Program-made: the position numbers and the translations under genes
Assembly: GCA_023645945.1 (NCBI GenBank)
Contig: JALAIB010000091.1
Location: forward strand, 1 to 33,253
Length of the DNA stretch: 33,253 nucleotides
Reading direction: 5' to 3'
DNA from: Diploschistes diacapsis
Lineage: Eukaryota
Shown: in pieces, positions 11,931-26,879 of the stretch
Layout: each line of letters starts with the position of its first letter
How positions within the stretch are numbered: the stretch's first letter is position 1
Notes under the pieces: model-generated
What the model was told of the DNA's origin: nothing
Databases searched by the model: none
Seen by the model: the letters and a program-made list of their open reading frames with translations, nothing else

Positions 11931-13699
11931 AGGTACCTCACCGTTGAGGCCCAAACGCACAGAAACAGTTGCAGTCTGTACCTTTAGGATCTGAGTTTTC
12001 GACCCTGATTAGGCAGAGCTGCAATCTTTATGATGGACTCGACATAGTTGACTGGTCTGACAAGTTAGCTATTCAAAACCATTCCATTTTATTTCTCGCT
12101 AGTTTCAAATACAAGCTAGCAACATTTCATAAGCTGAAACATATACTTACAGGTGATGGTCGCCTGTCTTTACCTATCTTTCCCATGAATAGTCTTCGGA
12201 TATGTAAGTAGCGTGCGCCCGAGTGTAAAATCAGGTATCCTTTGACCCATATGCGACCTAGCTCCCAAAGAATTTGAGAAGCTAAGGGTTCACTGACCCG
12301 TCAAAATAGGATATCTATATCAAAGTTTATGAACGGAGAACTGAACAAAGAGCTAATGAAGAAGGCCATTTTCCTGTCTAGGAGGCTCTAACAGGTTAAG
12401 CAAAGCGGTGCAAAAAGGGGAGAACTTTGGCAAAAGGAGATGATGATCGAGTCGCTCACAGTCTAGGGTGCGCCCCTTTAGTGTGGATTGTTGGGCAGTG
12501 GGCTATCTTGTATTAACAGAGCACACGCAAACAAGATATAGTGAGAATCCTGGAGGCTTTTTACTCTGGGAGGACCTCAAACTGTTTGGTTCGCGAGGGA
12601 AACTTCTGCTAAATCCAATGCGCCGAGCCTTGATATACGATCCTGTAACTCTTCTATTCTTGAAGGCTTTTTCTTAGAGAACGTTAGAGTAGCTAACATT
12701 CCGCCTCCACAATTCGTCCACGATTTCAATCTTTGCAGATACCCATGGTTGCATAATAAAGCTCATGAGCTGGCTAGCAAGAGCACACCCTGAATCCTAT
12801 CCACGCTGGCGGATATCTGGAGACACAACTTTCTGCCTTTTGACGGCTTAAGTCCTTTTTTAGAAACGATGTTTCGCTGAACGTGTGCCTTTCCACAGAA
12901 AGAGAGTTTGGTTGCTACATATGACACCGCCGGCAGCTCATTCAATTGTTACAGCAAACAGATAGAAAATTTCACAGCAATTAGCAAGCGCGGCTGCTAG
13001 CACTAGGTGTAAGCCTAGACTCGTGACAACAAGGCAGGTTTGTCCTTGTGGAGCCACGCGAGGGCAAACCACAGACTCTCAAACCCCTGCCAAATGAAGT
13101 ACCCTGGAATCTCTTGCAACGGTGCAGTCTTTGCGAATACTCGATTTTGTCGGAGTAGTATTTGTAGTCAATCAATTATTCTCCGCGAAATCTCATTTTA
13201 CGGGATGTCGCTTATATATCAGAGCCATCTCTGAGGTTTGGTTATCCTGTCTTCCTCTTACCACACTCATGATAAAGGTCGGGAACGCCTAAACAAAGTA
13301 AATTTGAGCGAATGTAATCGGAATGCGTGTTCCTTTAGGCTTATATGTTGTAAGGTACTCTGGAATGGTGTAAATTTGGGGACAAGAGCCCGGTCGTCAG
13401 AGTAGTCAACTCGAAACATTAGATAGTGCAATGGTCAAGCAGGTGGCCAAGGCGCATCGATCAGGTCAACACCAGCCCCATCCTCCTTTGGAAGATAAAT
13501 CCGTCCAAATCCAGAATCCCGGCCTGTATAGTTCTATTTAAATATTTGGCAGGTCTCCTGCGCAGCTCAACGTGTATGCATCTGCGTAAATGGGAAAGCA
13601 TTGCGGATCGTTAGCGTCCTAAGCGGCAGGACAGCGTCTGCACGGTTAAACTTTCTCGAGACCAGGAGAGTGTATTAAAAAACTCTTCACGTACGACTG

Positions 13700-14270
13700 T
13701 CTATACGACAGCAAAATAGCCGCTCCAATTACACCACGACGTGCTACTCTGGGGATATAAAAAATAAAATGCCAATAGCTGCCGGTTCGTACAAAAAATC
13801 AACGGCACGAGCGGTGTCCGCAGACTAAGAACTATTACAAAAACATATAAAACTCAATAAACAGAGGAGATGCGTACCGTAAAATATAAATACGCGAGAG
13901 TTCAAGAGCCATGGGCGGGTCAAGAACAAAAACTTCCTCGTACTGCCCTGACTGGATGCCACGTACGCCTCCCAAAGCGCCGCCAATATTAGGATTAAAA
14001 GGTCTGGTCGGCGTACGCCGCTTCAAGAAATCATTGGCTCGTTAAGTTGTATCCTGAGCGGTATTGACGTGACTAACATAAGGGGGAGGACCCGTGGTAG
14101 GACATCTAACACGATTGTTAGAGCGTACGCAGTAGAAGGAAGAACTATACCTACCGCGCGAGATAAGGAGCAGAACCACCAGATACTCAGGACCGTACGG
14201 CACGAAGCAACGAGTATAGTAGGCGACACTACCCAAGAACGGTCTGCAGGTATCTAATAATCACATAAGA
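13700..14270. other. Strongly RIP-signature segment, possible relic of a repeat or transposon
   Basis: Hand count on 14041-14220 gives TpA/ApT about 2 and (CpA+TpG)/(ApC+GpT) about 0.5, with CpG retained and recurrent CGTAC words. No terminal repeats or TE protein recognised. Boundaries are approximate. Confidence 0.3.
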
Positions 14271-17200
14271 AATTTGTCAGCAAAGAATAAGCCTTGTTTG
14301 CTTTATAATATCCTCAGGTGAAGCGGAAATGAGGATTTGCGTCTATTAATGTTAACGCTATCGGAACTAATTATATATATAACAGCATATGCGCTTCCAG
14401 CCAAGACCAACCTACAGTGAAGCCATAATATCATATGGTCAGTACCAAAGCGGCTTGCAGGAAAGTCGAAACTTCGATTTGAAGCATAATTAGACGTAGA
14501 CATCATGGAGGACTAGCTGCAAGGTCCCGGATTATCAAGTCCTCCAATGTTGTGGTGACAGAAAGCTTAAAGGGTGACAGGTGAGTAACCAAAGGCAGGT
14601 TCAAATCGAAGTAAAACTTGCCTCCTGCAATAACCTACCGCTCCATTGAAAAGCGTGATAATACCTAGGGGCAGAATATATCTAAGTCTGAAAATTGGTG
14701 TGAATTCGGTGGCACTGAAGAATTTCAAGCACACTCTCCAGCGATCTTGGCATTGACCAAGAAGCCGAGCACGAACTTCTTATATGGCGCTGTCACCTTG
14801 TTGATTACCCGGAATAAGGTGTTCTCCTAATTGCATCGAAAAGACTGAGCCAAGGTTCCCAACGCCAACAAGAACTGTATCAAATTACCATTCGTCTCGA
14901 AAAAACGCCTATAATCTCTGTAAAGATCTCTTTTAGGCTGAATGATAAAAGAGTACTTATATACCAACGGTAGTGGCATTAAGCGGCCGCTTTCTTATTG
15001 TCCTTATCACTTCATTTTCCATTCATACCTATATCGTGGAGAGAATCGAGACGCATTAGCTCCAGATACGGCAGAATCCGAACTCTGAGTTTGGTGGCCA
15101 TCCGATCGCTAATCTCTGCCAGAACAAAATCTTATATAGACATCCTTGTGAAGTGATAGAAGCTTAAGAAGAACTTAAGATCCGCGACTTGATGCAGGCT
15201 TTGTAATCGATTCGGACCTGAGTTTGTATTCTAGTTGGATCTCCTTGTTCGGCCTCAATGGTAATCTAGCATCTTGTCATTCATTGATTGAAATTTTATG
15301 TTCATGGTCGTTACTATAAGTATCTTAATACGTCTGCCATCAAAACCCGTCGTGTATAGTGTCTAAATGGGGGTGAAAGATTTTCTCTATGCAGTTTACC
15401 GTATTCTAATACTGTTCTCCGCGAAACGTTACTTACTTACGCCAGTAACAATCATTGCCCCTAGTGTCTTATCGCCGGCTGAATTATATATATGAATCTT
15501 TGTCTTATCAACATGTCCTTAAATGAAACGCTGGACCGACCGCTTTACTATGCCAGGGTGGAATCCAAAAAAATTGTTGTAATGGAGCTTTGATGATTCC
15601 CTTACACAAAGACACATAAACCTCTCATTCCGAGTCCTTCTCCATTGAAGAGCGCTACATATACATCGGCATACATTGACGGCTTCGTATGCCTCCCCTA
15701 ATACCCGCAATTAGTTGAAGAGCGCTCTAGAAAAGATGTCATTTCACGCAGAAATCTCATACCGTAATGATATCGGTAGTTTAAACGCGCAATATACCTC
15801 AACGAAGAGATAGAACGTTCTAAGTTGCACTAGATTTATCCACAAGGCCTGGCATCATCTCGATGCATTAGTGAAAAGAGCTGGGATACCTCTCATCGCC
15901 AGAATAATCCGCTCAGTTCACTCGCCTTGTCTGATAGCACAGGATTCTGCGAAGAACATTGTTCTCCCAAGTATATCCGTTTTGATTTAGTATTCTGATG
16001 GAAGCATGAAAGGAGCATTCAAAAGTATAGACCTGCAATCCCGGTATAAATGGGGTCCTGTTTCTTCGTCCATATAACTCATATACATGACGAGTTCGAT
16101 ATCGGCAGATAGAGCCGCAGCCGCAGAAGCATCATCTGTCGAAGACCATCGGCTCAATCTGCTTATAAACAGGTCGAGATGGTTAATCCTCAGTCCATCA
16201 TGTTCTGTAATCGTAACGTCTGAGCAAGTGCCAGCGCCTAGAGTCGTTATCAAATTTCTGCCTTAGGGCAGCTTCTCTATCCCCGTACTTCCTGTGACTC
16301 GTTATATAGTCGTGTTGATCCTACTCGAGTGCTGACAGCTCGTACCCCTAGCTACAGCCAGAGGCCGTACATGACAGGTGGGAGAAATCAGACAATCTAG
16401 CGAGGGACTTGCGAAGCGACTGTGGGACCATAACGCCCTCTGTGCGCTGTTTCCAAGCATGTTCACTCATTTCTGTCTCAAATGGGCCACATGTCGTTAA
16501 TTTATGCAATTGGAGTATGAACGCGAAATCCTGTTCAAGTCAGGCAATTTCTATTAAAGCTCATTCTTACCTCGTGCTCACGATCTTGAGATGTAAGAAA
16601 CATCGTTCAACTCATTGACCGAATTCGAGAAGCGAATATAACATGTACAACGAGCATCTGATTCATGAGTCCTAGCAAGTCTAACGAATTATGAGTTTCA
16701 TCTGCTTTGATATGAATTAAGCGTCTCTCACGGTCATCAATGATTCTTGTGCAAACAAAATGGTATAACCCCCCCAACTCACGATATGCCGTCTGGAGTT
16801 TGATGCCAATCAGCATTCCAGCACACCTACACAATAGAACGGCGGGACAAAAGCGAAGCCCTAAACACAGTTCTCTAGAGCTAAATGGACATTTCTTGTC
16901 TTTCCTTATCTCTCCCTAGATCTTCCTACCAAGAGTCGAACCAAGAGCCGGGGGAAGAATTTCTCTGTTACCTATTCAAGTGCTTGTAGTGCTCAATGGG
17001 ATCATAACTACCCATACTAGACCTATAGGCGTGCTGCGTACCTTAATCGGCTGTTGATAATCTGCGGTTTGAATAGGCAACGCGCTTCCGAACGAACAGT
17101 CTTATAGTAATCACTATCTAGGAAATCTTGTCCAGGTCTGTTACGATCAATAGAGATTTGCGAAAAATGTACAGCTACATCTTATGCCATGCGGCTCCGC

Positions 17201-17299
17201 AACCATTTACAACAGAAGATCCGTTGTCCTATCGAAACTTCACTCGTAGGGTCGAACACCGACGTTGCCATAGACTTTTAGTAAAGTAAAGGCTAGATT

Positions 17300-18180
17300 T
17301 CCAGCGTTGTTTATGCTTTCGACAAAATGGCCTTTAAGGTTCGAATAGTGCTAATATGCCGCAAAGACCAGGTGTTGTCCTAGCAAATAAAATGAGAAGT
17401 ACTTTCAATGCTCTCCAGCGTCACAGCAGCCGGAGAAATGTTGACCTGGTATTCCTATGAAGGTAAATAGAAAGGGGTTCGAAGCAGCTAGGCTACCCTA
17501 TGTCCTATGACTAGTTCGTTCACAGTCCGATCCAGCTCCTGCAAGGGCTGATGTGCCTGAATAGCGTTTGCTGACTGTCTTAGAGGTGTCTCTGGGTTGA
17601 GAAGCTATAGCCTTGGAGGAGAGGAAAGGGAGGTTTATGGATATCTAGATATCTGAACTGAATTATTTCCGCGGAGAGTGAATGTCACGGCGTCGAAGAA
17701 TCCTTCAGGGATATTCTCTTAGTGAAAAATCCGAAGGTGAAGAAACAGCCTGCCGGTCCATTCCTGTCAAGCACAGAATTCGCCAGAAGCGTTATTGTGC
17801 TCTTAAGCTCGATAGAATCAGACCGCAAATTTTAGGTTCACCCCTCCATTTTCCTCAAATATAGTCGGTTGCTCACCATAACTGGGCGGCTGGTATACAT
17901 TCTTCTCGCAAGTGGTATTGATCCACTAGCTGTGGCTGCGGTTCTTTTGGGTATCACTCTTCTAAAGCCCTAGCTGTTTAGTCTGACATGATGTTTCGTC
18001 CAAGTAGAAGCTCTCCTCCATCCGTCGCGGCAATGTTTTATAGTCGAAGTCCCAGAAGACTTTAGAGGACGTATCTGTCATCCTGATAAAAATCCAGATC
18101 TTGCCTACTGATCGGATCTTGTGTCGTTGGGCAAGCGGGCTGTCTGGATAAAACTCGGTCATTTTGCTCACGAATGTGCG
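17300..18180 (-). pseudogene. Remnant of an unidentified protein-coding gene
   Basis: The frame of ORF 17962-18171 continues as protein-like sequence for ~290 codons through isolated TAG/TAA/TGA stops (..EESFYLDETSCQTKQLGL*KSDTQKNRSHS*WINTTCEKNVYQPPSYGEQPTIFEENGG..). Confidence 0.3.
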
Positions 18181-19499
18181 CCTTTTGCGAAATAGTCATC
18201 CTTTAGACGTCCCACCATCTATTCCAGGTGGATATCCAGTCCAGGCCTAGTCCTATCGCTGTTGGTGCCTGACTGCCCACATCACTAGCTTCAGTATGTG
18301 CCTAAACACCTTACAGTTACTTCAAAGGATTGGGAGGCGTCGAACGGAACGGCGGCAAAGAGAATTCCTAGTGGCTTGTATCCGTGCTGAGTGTATATCC
18401 GCTATCTTTGTACTGAACTCTCCACCTCATCTGGATGTGATATGATTCTCAGCAACCAAAGCGAGTGCCTAGTGTATGCAGTATAACTGCGCATAACCAG
18501 TCGATCGAGTTTATTCTCGAGGTCCATATTGCGGGTAGACAAGGCATCCCCTTCATTTCCCGTCCTCTCGCTTTTGACCTCGTTCTATTAAAGTCTTTAG
18601 CCTCTATTGCAAGATCTTATACTCGTAGAACCTTATACTGTCTCCTTCAATAGTGTCTTAGTTTAAGGAAGTAAGTTAGTTATATTAAATCTAGTAGAAG
18701 CTGTTAGATTTAGTTGATTTATCTTTTCCGACATGAACTGAGCATTCAGGGCTCACTTACCATATAAATGTTTAATCGGGTTCTTGACAATGAACGAAAG
18801 CTAGTGCAAGGACAGAGTTGCTGGCTTAGTCTATTCGGCACTAGAAGAGCTTAACCGCGATGATTCGAGTATATTTAGATGGTAATTTTCCACTAGATAT
18901 CCGTATGATATAACCTCAACCCCTATCACTACCTTTAGTTATCACAAGGCAATTACTAAACAATGAGAAGATGGAGTGTATTTTCCCTGTGATTGTAAAG
19001 TGGAAGGTATTTTTTCCACTCAATGTCCTATTGGTTAAACAACAACGGATGCCGAGTCCAAAGCCCAGAGAACATCATTAGCGTGTTCTCTATTTCTCTG
19101 ATCTTGCTCATATGGACGCTTCAAAATGCCTTCTGATTTACCTCGGGAAGAGCATGATCTCCGAAAGAACCTGCAAAACCGCGGCCACAGGAGCTTTCGG
19201 CTCCATGAAGCTGTCTGATATAAAGTGGTTATCGAAAAATCCCTAAAAATCTCATAATATTGGCCCGATTTGACCAATGATATACCTACACCATAATCAA
19301 CAGGTATATCCAGCCAACTGCCCAGGGGCCCTACGGATCTTTGAGATTACCCAGTAGACTTTCCAACACCTAGTGGTCTTGTAAGTTTTAAACGGATAGG
19401 GACTTCTATTGCCACTCATTGCGTTGCTTTTGAGCAGACGATGATCGCATATGCTCCCTTATCTGTGTTAGCGTATCCAAATTCCATATCATCTAGTCA

Positions 19500-21371
19500 A
19501 TACGATATAGGCATCCCAGGCCGATCAGTGCGAAAGTCGTTAATGCAGCAGCAACACCTGCGTTAAGAGTGTAAGTTGACAAGAAGTTCCAGGGCTCATG
19601 TATACCACCGACTTGGGTACCTGACTTCGAATCCTAATGGTCTATATCTTGATGCACATAGGTTCGAACATGTTGCAGACGAACATCTACTCCTTACAGT
19701 TGGTAAGTTGGATGCTCGTGAGACCTGATATATATATAACGCGAGATCGAAGTGAACTGGACAAACGCCCAGCTCGAAACAAAGCCGCGAACAACTCGCT
19801 TCAGGAGTCCACTGACCCTCTCCTGGTCTGCCCGTGATTTTTCGTCGGACACACTATCAAGTATAATACCTACTCGCCTTTGATAAACGGCACAGGAAAG
19901 AGAACCCTGTTCTTTGGTATCAAATGAGTTTTTTCCTGCTCTTTCTGTTGTGTGTTCAGAATCGATGTGCCATTTTCAGGCGACAACACGAAAGATACGT
20001 GTTCTTCCAGTAGCAAAAGAATCGCGCCGCCGCTGTGTGATCCTAATCTAGTCGCCATTACCTGTAATTCATAATTCTAAGACAACCTCATGTATCTTTC
20101 CAACAACAGCTCTGTTTGAAAGTTTGTCTGACTCCATTTCTAGACTCGGCGTTAGACTTGTTGAATCCGATACGACCTATGTAGTTCCGCAACCATTTCT
20201 TCACCAATGGACAAGAAGACCGGAGAGCAGAGGGAGCCTATCCAAGTTTCACCAGGCATATGTTGGCCACATCTATCGGCATAGCAACTTCCAACGAAAC
20301 ACCTTAGGAATACATCACATATTATGGTCACAAAATCTACTCCTCATGTTTCCAAAAGTCATCCCAACTGCCGTAAGCGTCGAGTAGGAATGACTTGAGC
20401 AGGACTGTGAGAAACCGCACCAAGGGTTAGCATGCGAGGGGCGTTTTGAGAGGTCGCCAAGGCAAGTAATCTTTTAATTCCCTAACTTAGACCTTAGAGT
20501 TCTATACCCAGTACATTCTTCTTTCTTCTGGAGATTGCTGGTAGAGGTCGTAGTCTTGTCCGAATCCAGTTTTGTTTGTATTACCGGACTTCTATCTTGA
20601 TTTGGGCTTGAACCTCAGTTCAAACCCAGATTTACGAATTTTGGTGTCAGAGCTTGGCCGAAGAACGAGGATTATCATGGTCTTACAAGGCTTGGATGGC
20701 GCATTGCCGTCTATTGTTACGAGAGCTTTAGGATTCGCGAAGCCCGTTATTATCATGATTCTCCTCGTCATATTTATTGCTTGCTTTCAGCCTCGTCTTG
20801 TTCGATGATTGTTCCTTCTTTAGGGTAGCAGGATTGAAGGGCACTTTACTGGCTCTCTTTAACCATAACTGTTTAGGATGGTAAGGTGACAAGCTTACTT
20901 CTCCTTCTGTGGGTCCAGTCATCATGAGTTGAGCCTTGATATGTGTTCTTTTCCATTATGCAACAGTCGTTATCAGCTTTGCCTTCCTCGATTACATACC
21001 TTCTTTCTAGAAAGAGACCTCTAACGTGGTAAATCAGCCTTGATCACCTGACCTCCATTAGCCTATCTGGAATCTAACACAACTCTATGTGTGGCCGGCA
21101 AGATGGATTGTGTTGGAGACCTCATCTTCCTTTTCGGGGGCACATTCAGACATCGAATCTGTTTCTTCTCATTAGGTTTTAGATTTCTGTGTATGGTGCA
21201 CTCCAACAGCACCCTCTTCTTCTCTTCTCTCAGCGTCATGATTAGTAGGAGCTGCCCGACCACCACGTGTCGCAGAGTTTCCATACACGGCTTCGCTGCT
21301 ACTTTTTTTTTATATCTGCTGAACTCGCTATTGTTGGCTCTTGGGTATTTCTCGTGTATATTGATACTCAA
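19500..21371 (-). pseudogene. Remnant of an unidentified intron-containing gene
   Basis: A canonical intron 3' end (GCTAAC at 20431-20426, CAG ending at 20405) is followed by LLKSFLLDAYGSWDDFWKHE and a long stop-punctuated frame including ORF 19870-20058. Lys/Arg-rich fragments lie upstream (20728-21371). Confidence 0.3.
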
Positions 21372-24300
21372 AGATAGCGAGAGGGGACAAGAAAGAGAGC
21401 CTACCCAGCTGTGTTTAAAGATGATACTATGACCCGTATCCAGATATTCTGAGTCTGGATAAATGCTATGAAATCGCGCGCAAACCTAAGCCTCCGCGAA
21501 TCCTTTGATTAATATGACTAATCTGTACCATATCGTGAAAAGCCTTCGCGGATATTGCCCACAGCCCTTCCCGAGACCGTTGTGTATCCAGTCTCACTTA
21601 GTATCCCTGGCGTTGTGAATGCATTGAAGCTGGGGGTTTAGTGGCCTTGAGTTACTCTGAACTGCCTATATACCCGCGACTCCTTGTGTCTGTGTCGTTA
21701 CATCTGGCGTCTTCTCGCATGCTCTCAATCCTAGAAAGCGATAGCGTGGTACTCAGACGCGAGACGACAGTACAGGAATCCTAGCTTCCTGGCTTGTGTG
21801 CGGTTGGTCCTAAACACAGATCACCTCACCGTCGTAAGCGGCCGAAAACACGACAGAACGGAAATCCTCGTGTCGTTGCGCGAAACTTGCCGCCTCAAAT
21901 GATTATTGACTACAAGGGCCCGGAAATACACCAGGTCTTTTCGGGTGCCGAGGCGGGTGGCAGGCTGGCTGGGAAAATCTCCTGTGTTTGCTATCATTCC
22001 AAGGTTATTGGACGACTGGTAAATCTTGAGAATGCAGGTTGACAAGTTCAATTTCAAATGCTGCTTTCTCTAATACCAGGGCCATGACAACAGAGAGATT
22101 CGAGACGGTGAGCGTGATGTTCACCAGGGCGTGGGTACAATACCTAGAGATATTGAATGTAATTGTGAACTCCCCACCTGTCCAAGGTGTCGTTCATTGC
22201 TTCTGTGCAGCCAACATGGAGAACTTATTTTGCTGCTTTCTGTCCCGGTTTCTCGCCAGATTCCAAATATTTAGTATTATAGCCTAGCGAAATAGTTTGT
22301 CTGGCATCTTAGGCAAGCCTTACCCTATCTCTGGAAATTCAATATATACCTGCGTGTGGCGGTAGTTAGGTATTCTAGAAATTTCAGCATCTATATTGGT
22401 AGTGCGTCGAGCGGAAGGTCTCTCTAACACAGTTCTTAGAGTCTTTTTCCATATCGTTAAGTCCAATAACAGAGACATCTCAGCCTAGGAAGCTGTTTTT
22501 TATACTTCTTTGGCTTACCCAGACTCCGGCGTACAACCATCGTCCATGTGCGCTCAGCAGCTGCAGAAGGTAGGCTCGGTCTTATATTGAGTCACATCTG
22601 CAGCCTTGCTCGGAGTTCTTGGTTGAATGAGTTTAGAATCCTTAGGAACTCTCATCCTACAAGCCTATCAGGTTGGCTTCACAAGAATACAGAGCCCTGC
22701 ACGCTTCGTCGCGATCATGGCTTGCTCCAGGTCCTAAATCAATTGTGAGTGATATGCTTATTGGCCTATCATGGCATTTTAAGGTTTCATGGAGATTCCC
22801 ATTTCCCTCTTTCTATGACATTGCAATTCTTGCTCAGACTTCTACCTTTGCATCTTCAGCCGCTTTCTGATATTCACCTAAAGTTTATGTGATCCTCAAT
22901 AGATCAGATTTTATGTTGTCTACCGAGTACTAGCCGCCAGCTTGCTCTCGGACCTGAATGATCTTCTTAAACTTGTATCTCGAGGATACCCCTGCTTTGA
23001 GTTCCTCGAACCCAAACCTTGGAGCAACATAGAGGTTTCAGCCTCTAAGGACCGTGGAACTCCGGAACTCACGCAAGAATCTCAAAATGAAGCATCCGAT
23101 AAATAACATCAGGCTTCCCCAATTTGCGAGTGTCCTATTGACCTAGGTAGCTGTAGGATATTGCTGTGCTAGAAGTCGTGCCTGAGCCGCTCTTCCCACT
23201 TCTACCAGGCACCTATAATGGTTTACTATAAAGACCATCATAGGTCAAGGAGCACAGAGGCTTAAGTCCCACAAAGCAACCAGTTGCTCGACAGTCGAGT
23301 TCGCCCGGGGTAGCTTCAAGATGGTGCTTACTGGGCCCTAAACTTGGCGGCTTCAAGGACCTGGTTGATGGATTCGAAGTTGTTTTTCTTGATGCACTAC
23401 TATGCGATAATCCCCTTGGTATCTTGAAATCGTGTAACTGCATGAACATACACCTGAGCTTCCATGGCGTCGAGGATTTCTGTAGTCAGTCTCATAATCC
23501 AACCAGCGATATATAATGTTCCTGGATTGTTCTCCGCTTGAGTGTCTGTCGTTCCAAGATCCATTCTCCTGGGAGTCCGAATGAGGAACTGCTTGTAGCC
23601 CAAAATATTCAGCTATATAGCATTATTTGCTCTGTAGCTCACCAAGGCCCTGGATTGGAGATCACGGAGAATTGACACTCGCCGAGTTTATTTCCCCCTT
23701 GGAGCTCAGATGGTGGACTACAAGCCTGTCACTGTTGCCACCAAGTGATAATAAACAATCCCTGGTCATCCCATGTGCAACGCTCGCACGCCAGATAAAG
23801 CACCTTGTTGTAAATTCATAAATCGCCTAAAGTATTTGTCTCATAGAGGAGATCTCGCCCAATTAGCTTGAAATGAACTCCAAGTCGCTCAGATGCTTTG
23901 TACGTCGTTCTGCATTTGGAACGTCCATGAAGTTATCCCTCCCGTAGAGCCGAAGACCTTCATCGTTGGCTTAGCCGATTGCCGATTTCCCTAGGCCGAT
24001 AAAATCTCCCATATTGGAGGACTCTACGTCGAAAGAAAGAGAGTTCACAGAATACTTCCTAGCTCGACATCAAAAATGTCAACACCTTAGAGGTCCGCCC
24101 ATACTCGTATATGTCTGGATTCCATGATTGTTATGCTTCGAGAAACTCAGTTGGGCAATGAAGGCCACGAAAAATGTCCTGTGCTAGTATGTTTTGCCCC
24201 TTACCCGACACCCCCTTCCTTCCCACGCAAGTACAGAAGGCCAGCACTATCTGCTGCGTCTTTTGCCCTGCTTTATATAGGGTATTTATCTGTTCTATGG

Positions 24301-25431
24301 TAAGAAAGGCTACTGTCAAAGCCATGCCGGCCACATCTGGATCGTATTGGATCGCTTTTCATATCTCCGTACTGGGTGGGAAGAGTTGGTTTTGATACCT
24401 GTCCGGCGCCGCATGAGTCAAATTCTTCTCGACTTCTCCCGCTTTTAGCCCCTCGCACTCGCAACACACTTTTATGATTTCGGAGACTTTAACTCCTGGC
24501 TGTTATATAGTCTCTCACAAGTTTAGGTGATTCCACTCCCTCCTAATCTTCCTGTAGCTGTTCCTAGCAAATTATAGTCCTGAGCCAGTTGTGGATTCTC
24601 AAGCTTGAGGGTCTCAGCTATGCAATGGAGAAAAGGTGTCCACCAAACAGCCCCCCCTTTTTGTTGTAAAGTCTGAAAGAGGTGCAAATTCTTAATGAAA
24701 TGATTCCAGGATTCCAAGGCTCTCTCCCTCGCGGTAGGTTATCGGTCTTGTGGTTCCTCCGATCCTTCCGTATACTCGGGCCTTCTTGCCGCAGCAGATA
24801 GAGTTTCTGTTGTTCCAAATGCCGTTTGTATCCGACCTGCTACAAACAACACGTAACTGATCTATCTCCCCAGGTTAATCGCTAGTCTCAACTGAGATGA
24901 AGTGGTGACTTGTCGATCTGGAACGCAAAGTAGCCTGCACTCCTGTTCAATAGTTCCGGTGATAGCTGAAGGATGAATGGATACGTACGAGAACGTCCGC
25001 ATCAGCACTCGCAAGATCTCTTGGCACATATGAATGTATGCTACTCCGAGGTTCCGTCTGCTCTTCTCGAAACCTTGGCGGTCAGTAGTAACGTAGTTAA
25101 ATCTTTCAGATTGGTACAACCTGTGTCGCTGTAGAAATTGATCATATAAAATACAACCTCCTGCTTTGGCTTAACAAGAACTGGTGCTTTCAGTTTCCTG
25201 GGCATATCTTCCAAGATAGTTGAGCTCTCGAATAGGCCTATATAATCACATCGAGATGTAGTAGACTAGTGCGTTAGTCACCTCCCACTTTTCAAAGTAA
25301 TAAATTCCTTGCAGGCTTATCCCGGTGTTCAGATTGACAGTTTTTGTTGCCACGAAGGCAGGGCAATGACGCTACAAGCTCTCCGAGTCCACGAGCCCTG
25401 TATTCTTTTTAATCTAGCTACGCAGCTGCGC

Positions 25432-26876
25432 TCAAGAAGAGAGGAGTTCCCGAAGTTTCATAAATGCCTCTAAGCTGCAGGAGTCCGGGAGTTCCTCACA
25501 TAGCCTTGCGGTGGGACTACAAAGGTTCCAGTATCTCGCCTTAGGAGTTTTAGATGTCTTCTCAAGCGATACGGTGGCGTCGGCGCTGCGCTTCTGCTGC
25601 TTTTCGACCTTCAGTGCTTTTATTAAAGTCTTGCTGCAGTTCCTTGTCTTCATCGGCTAAATCTTGTTCACTTCTCCCATCGTCCAGGTGAATGTCGCGT
25701 AGGCGTTGCAACTTAATGATCCAGGGAATAAAGGCGTTTGGAATCTCAAGCTATTAGCTGACAACTCGAGCTTGCTTCGCCTGCTTAACGGCTCGCAGGA
25801 GTGGTGCTCTTTGTGGCAGGTGTCACAGGTCAAAGCGGGTCACTGGGACACCGCTTGCTTGTGTGTAGACTGCTCGTTCATATCCGACAATCCAGATACA
25901 ACAACATCGGTCATCTCAGAGACAGAGCGTTCCAAACGCGAGAGAATCTCGTTAGTAGCATCCTGCTTACTGCACATATGTTAGCATATGGATGTAGTAA
26001 TCACGAGAATAGCAGTATAGCAATGACAAAGAAGCAAGCTTACACAGGCTCGGGCCTGGGGTTCAATTCCTTCTTCTGCTTTGTCACATATTGCTCGACC
26101 TGGCGCGTGTAGAGGTTCTCGTTATCAAGATACGATTCAGGAAAATCTAGGGATTCTAAATTTTATCCAATCACCATTCTTCGAGCCAAGCAACCATGTT
26201 CCATGGCCGGCACCAGTAGAATAGGCACAATTTGCCCGCCGATACTGAAGGTAGTGCTCTCAAGATTTTATAGTCACAGGACGAGGCCTAAGCTTAGTAT
26301 TTTTGAGATGTACCGAGCCACAAGACTGGAGAAGTCACAGAATCTTAATTTTATTCCTCTTAAAGCTTTAGAGACTGTAAAGGTGCCAAAGATATCAATG
26401 TTCCCTGCGGAGTAGCAGCCAACGATCATGCCTTATATGGGCGATACGTTCATCCACAAACGTATTTATATCATATCCGAGAAGTGTTGAAAACGTCGTC
26501 CGCATACCCCGCTAGTAGCTGTGACTTATTCCTTAGAAGCTCTACCGGAACCTATAGGACTCCAACAGGCTGGGCCGTTAAAGCAAGATCATCTACCCTG
26601 GCTGGGATAACCTAACATAGATAGTGGCTAGAGCAGTGTTGTGCTTGCGAGTAACACGATGTCGATGCTTCGCTATGGTCTCCTCAGCCGCTTTTCTCTA
26701 ATCATTAGCTCTTGTTCGCGCTTCCACATCAGCAGTTTCATAGAGCTTGTCGGTCTTTCACTACCTGCAGTCCTAGTTTCCACTAGAAGGTTTGTAAGTA
26801 ACATATTGTGAGTATATACGTGGCATATATATGTACCAGCAAGCACCTCGGCCTCTGCAGTAGTAGATAATATCAT
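25432..26876 (-). pseudogene. Decayed intron-containing gene with preserved splice signals
   Basis: Candidate ATG ~26876 downstream of a TATA box and CT-box. A canonical intron at 25970-26043 (GTAAGC..GCTAAC..GCAG) joins ..YVTKQKKELNPRPEPV to KQDATNEILSRLERSVSEM.. in frame. Downstream are a TGA, a CDTCHKEHHSC motif and a frameshift into ORF 25432-25653. Confidence 0.45.
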
Positions 26877-26879
26877 GTA

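Noticed and set aside
12440..12620. Plus-strand LGCAPL / DIVRILEAF resembling NB-ARC GLPL or a kinase subdomain
   Set aside because: Isolated weak matches with no flanking motifs.
21171..21194. IHRNLKPN resembling the kinase catalytic loop HRDLKPEN
   Set aside because: The catalytic Asp is absent, no DFG or APE motif follows, and the context is Lys/Arg-rich low-complexity sequence.
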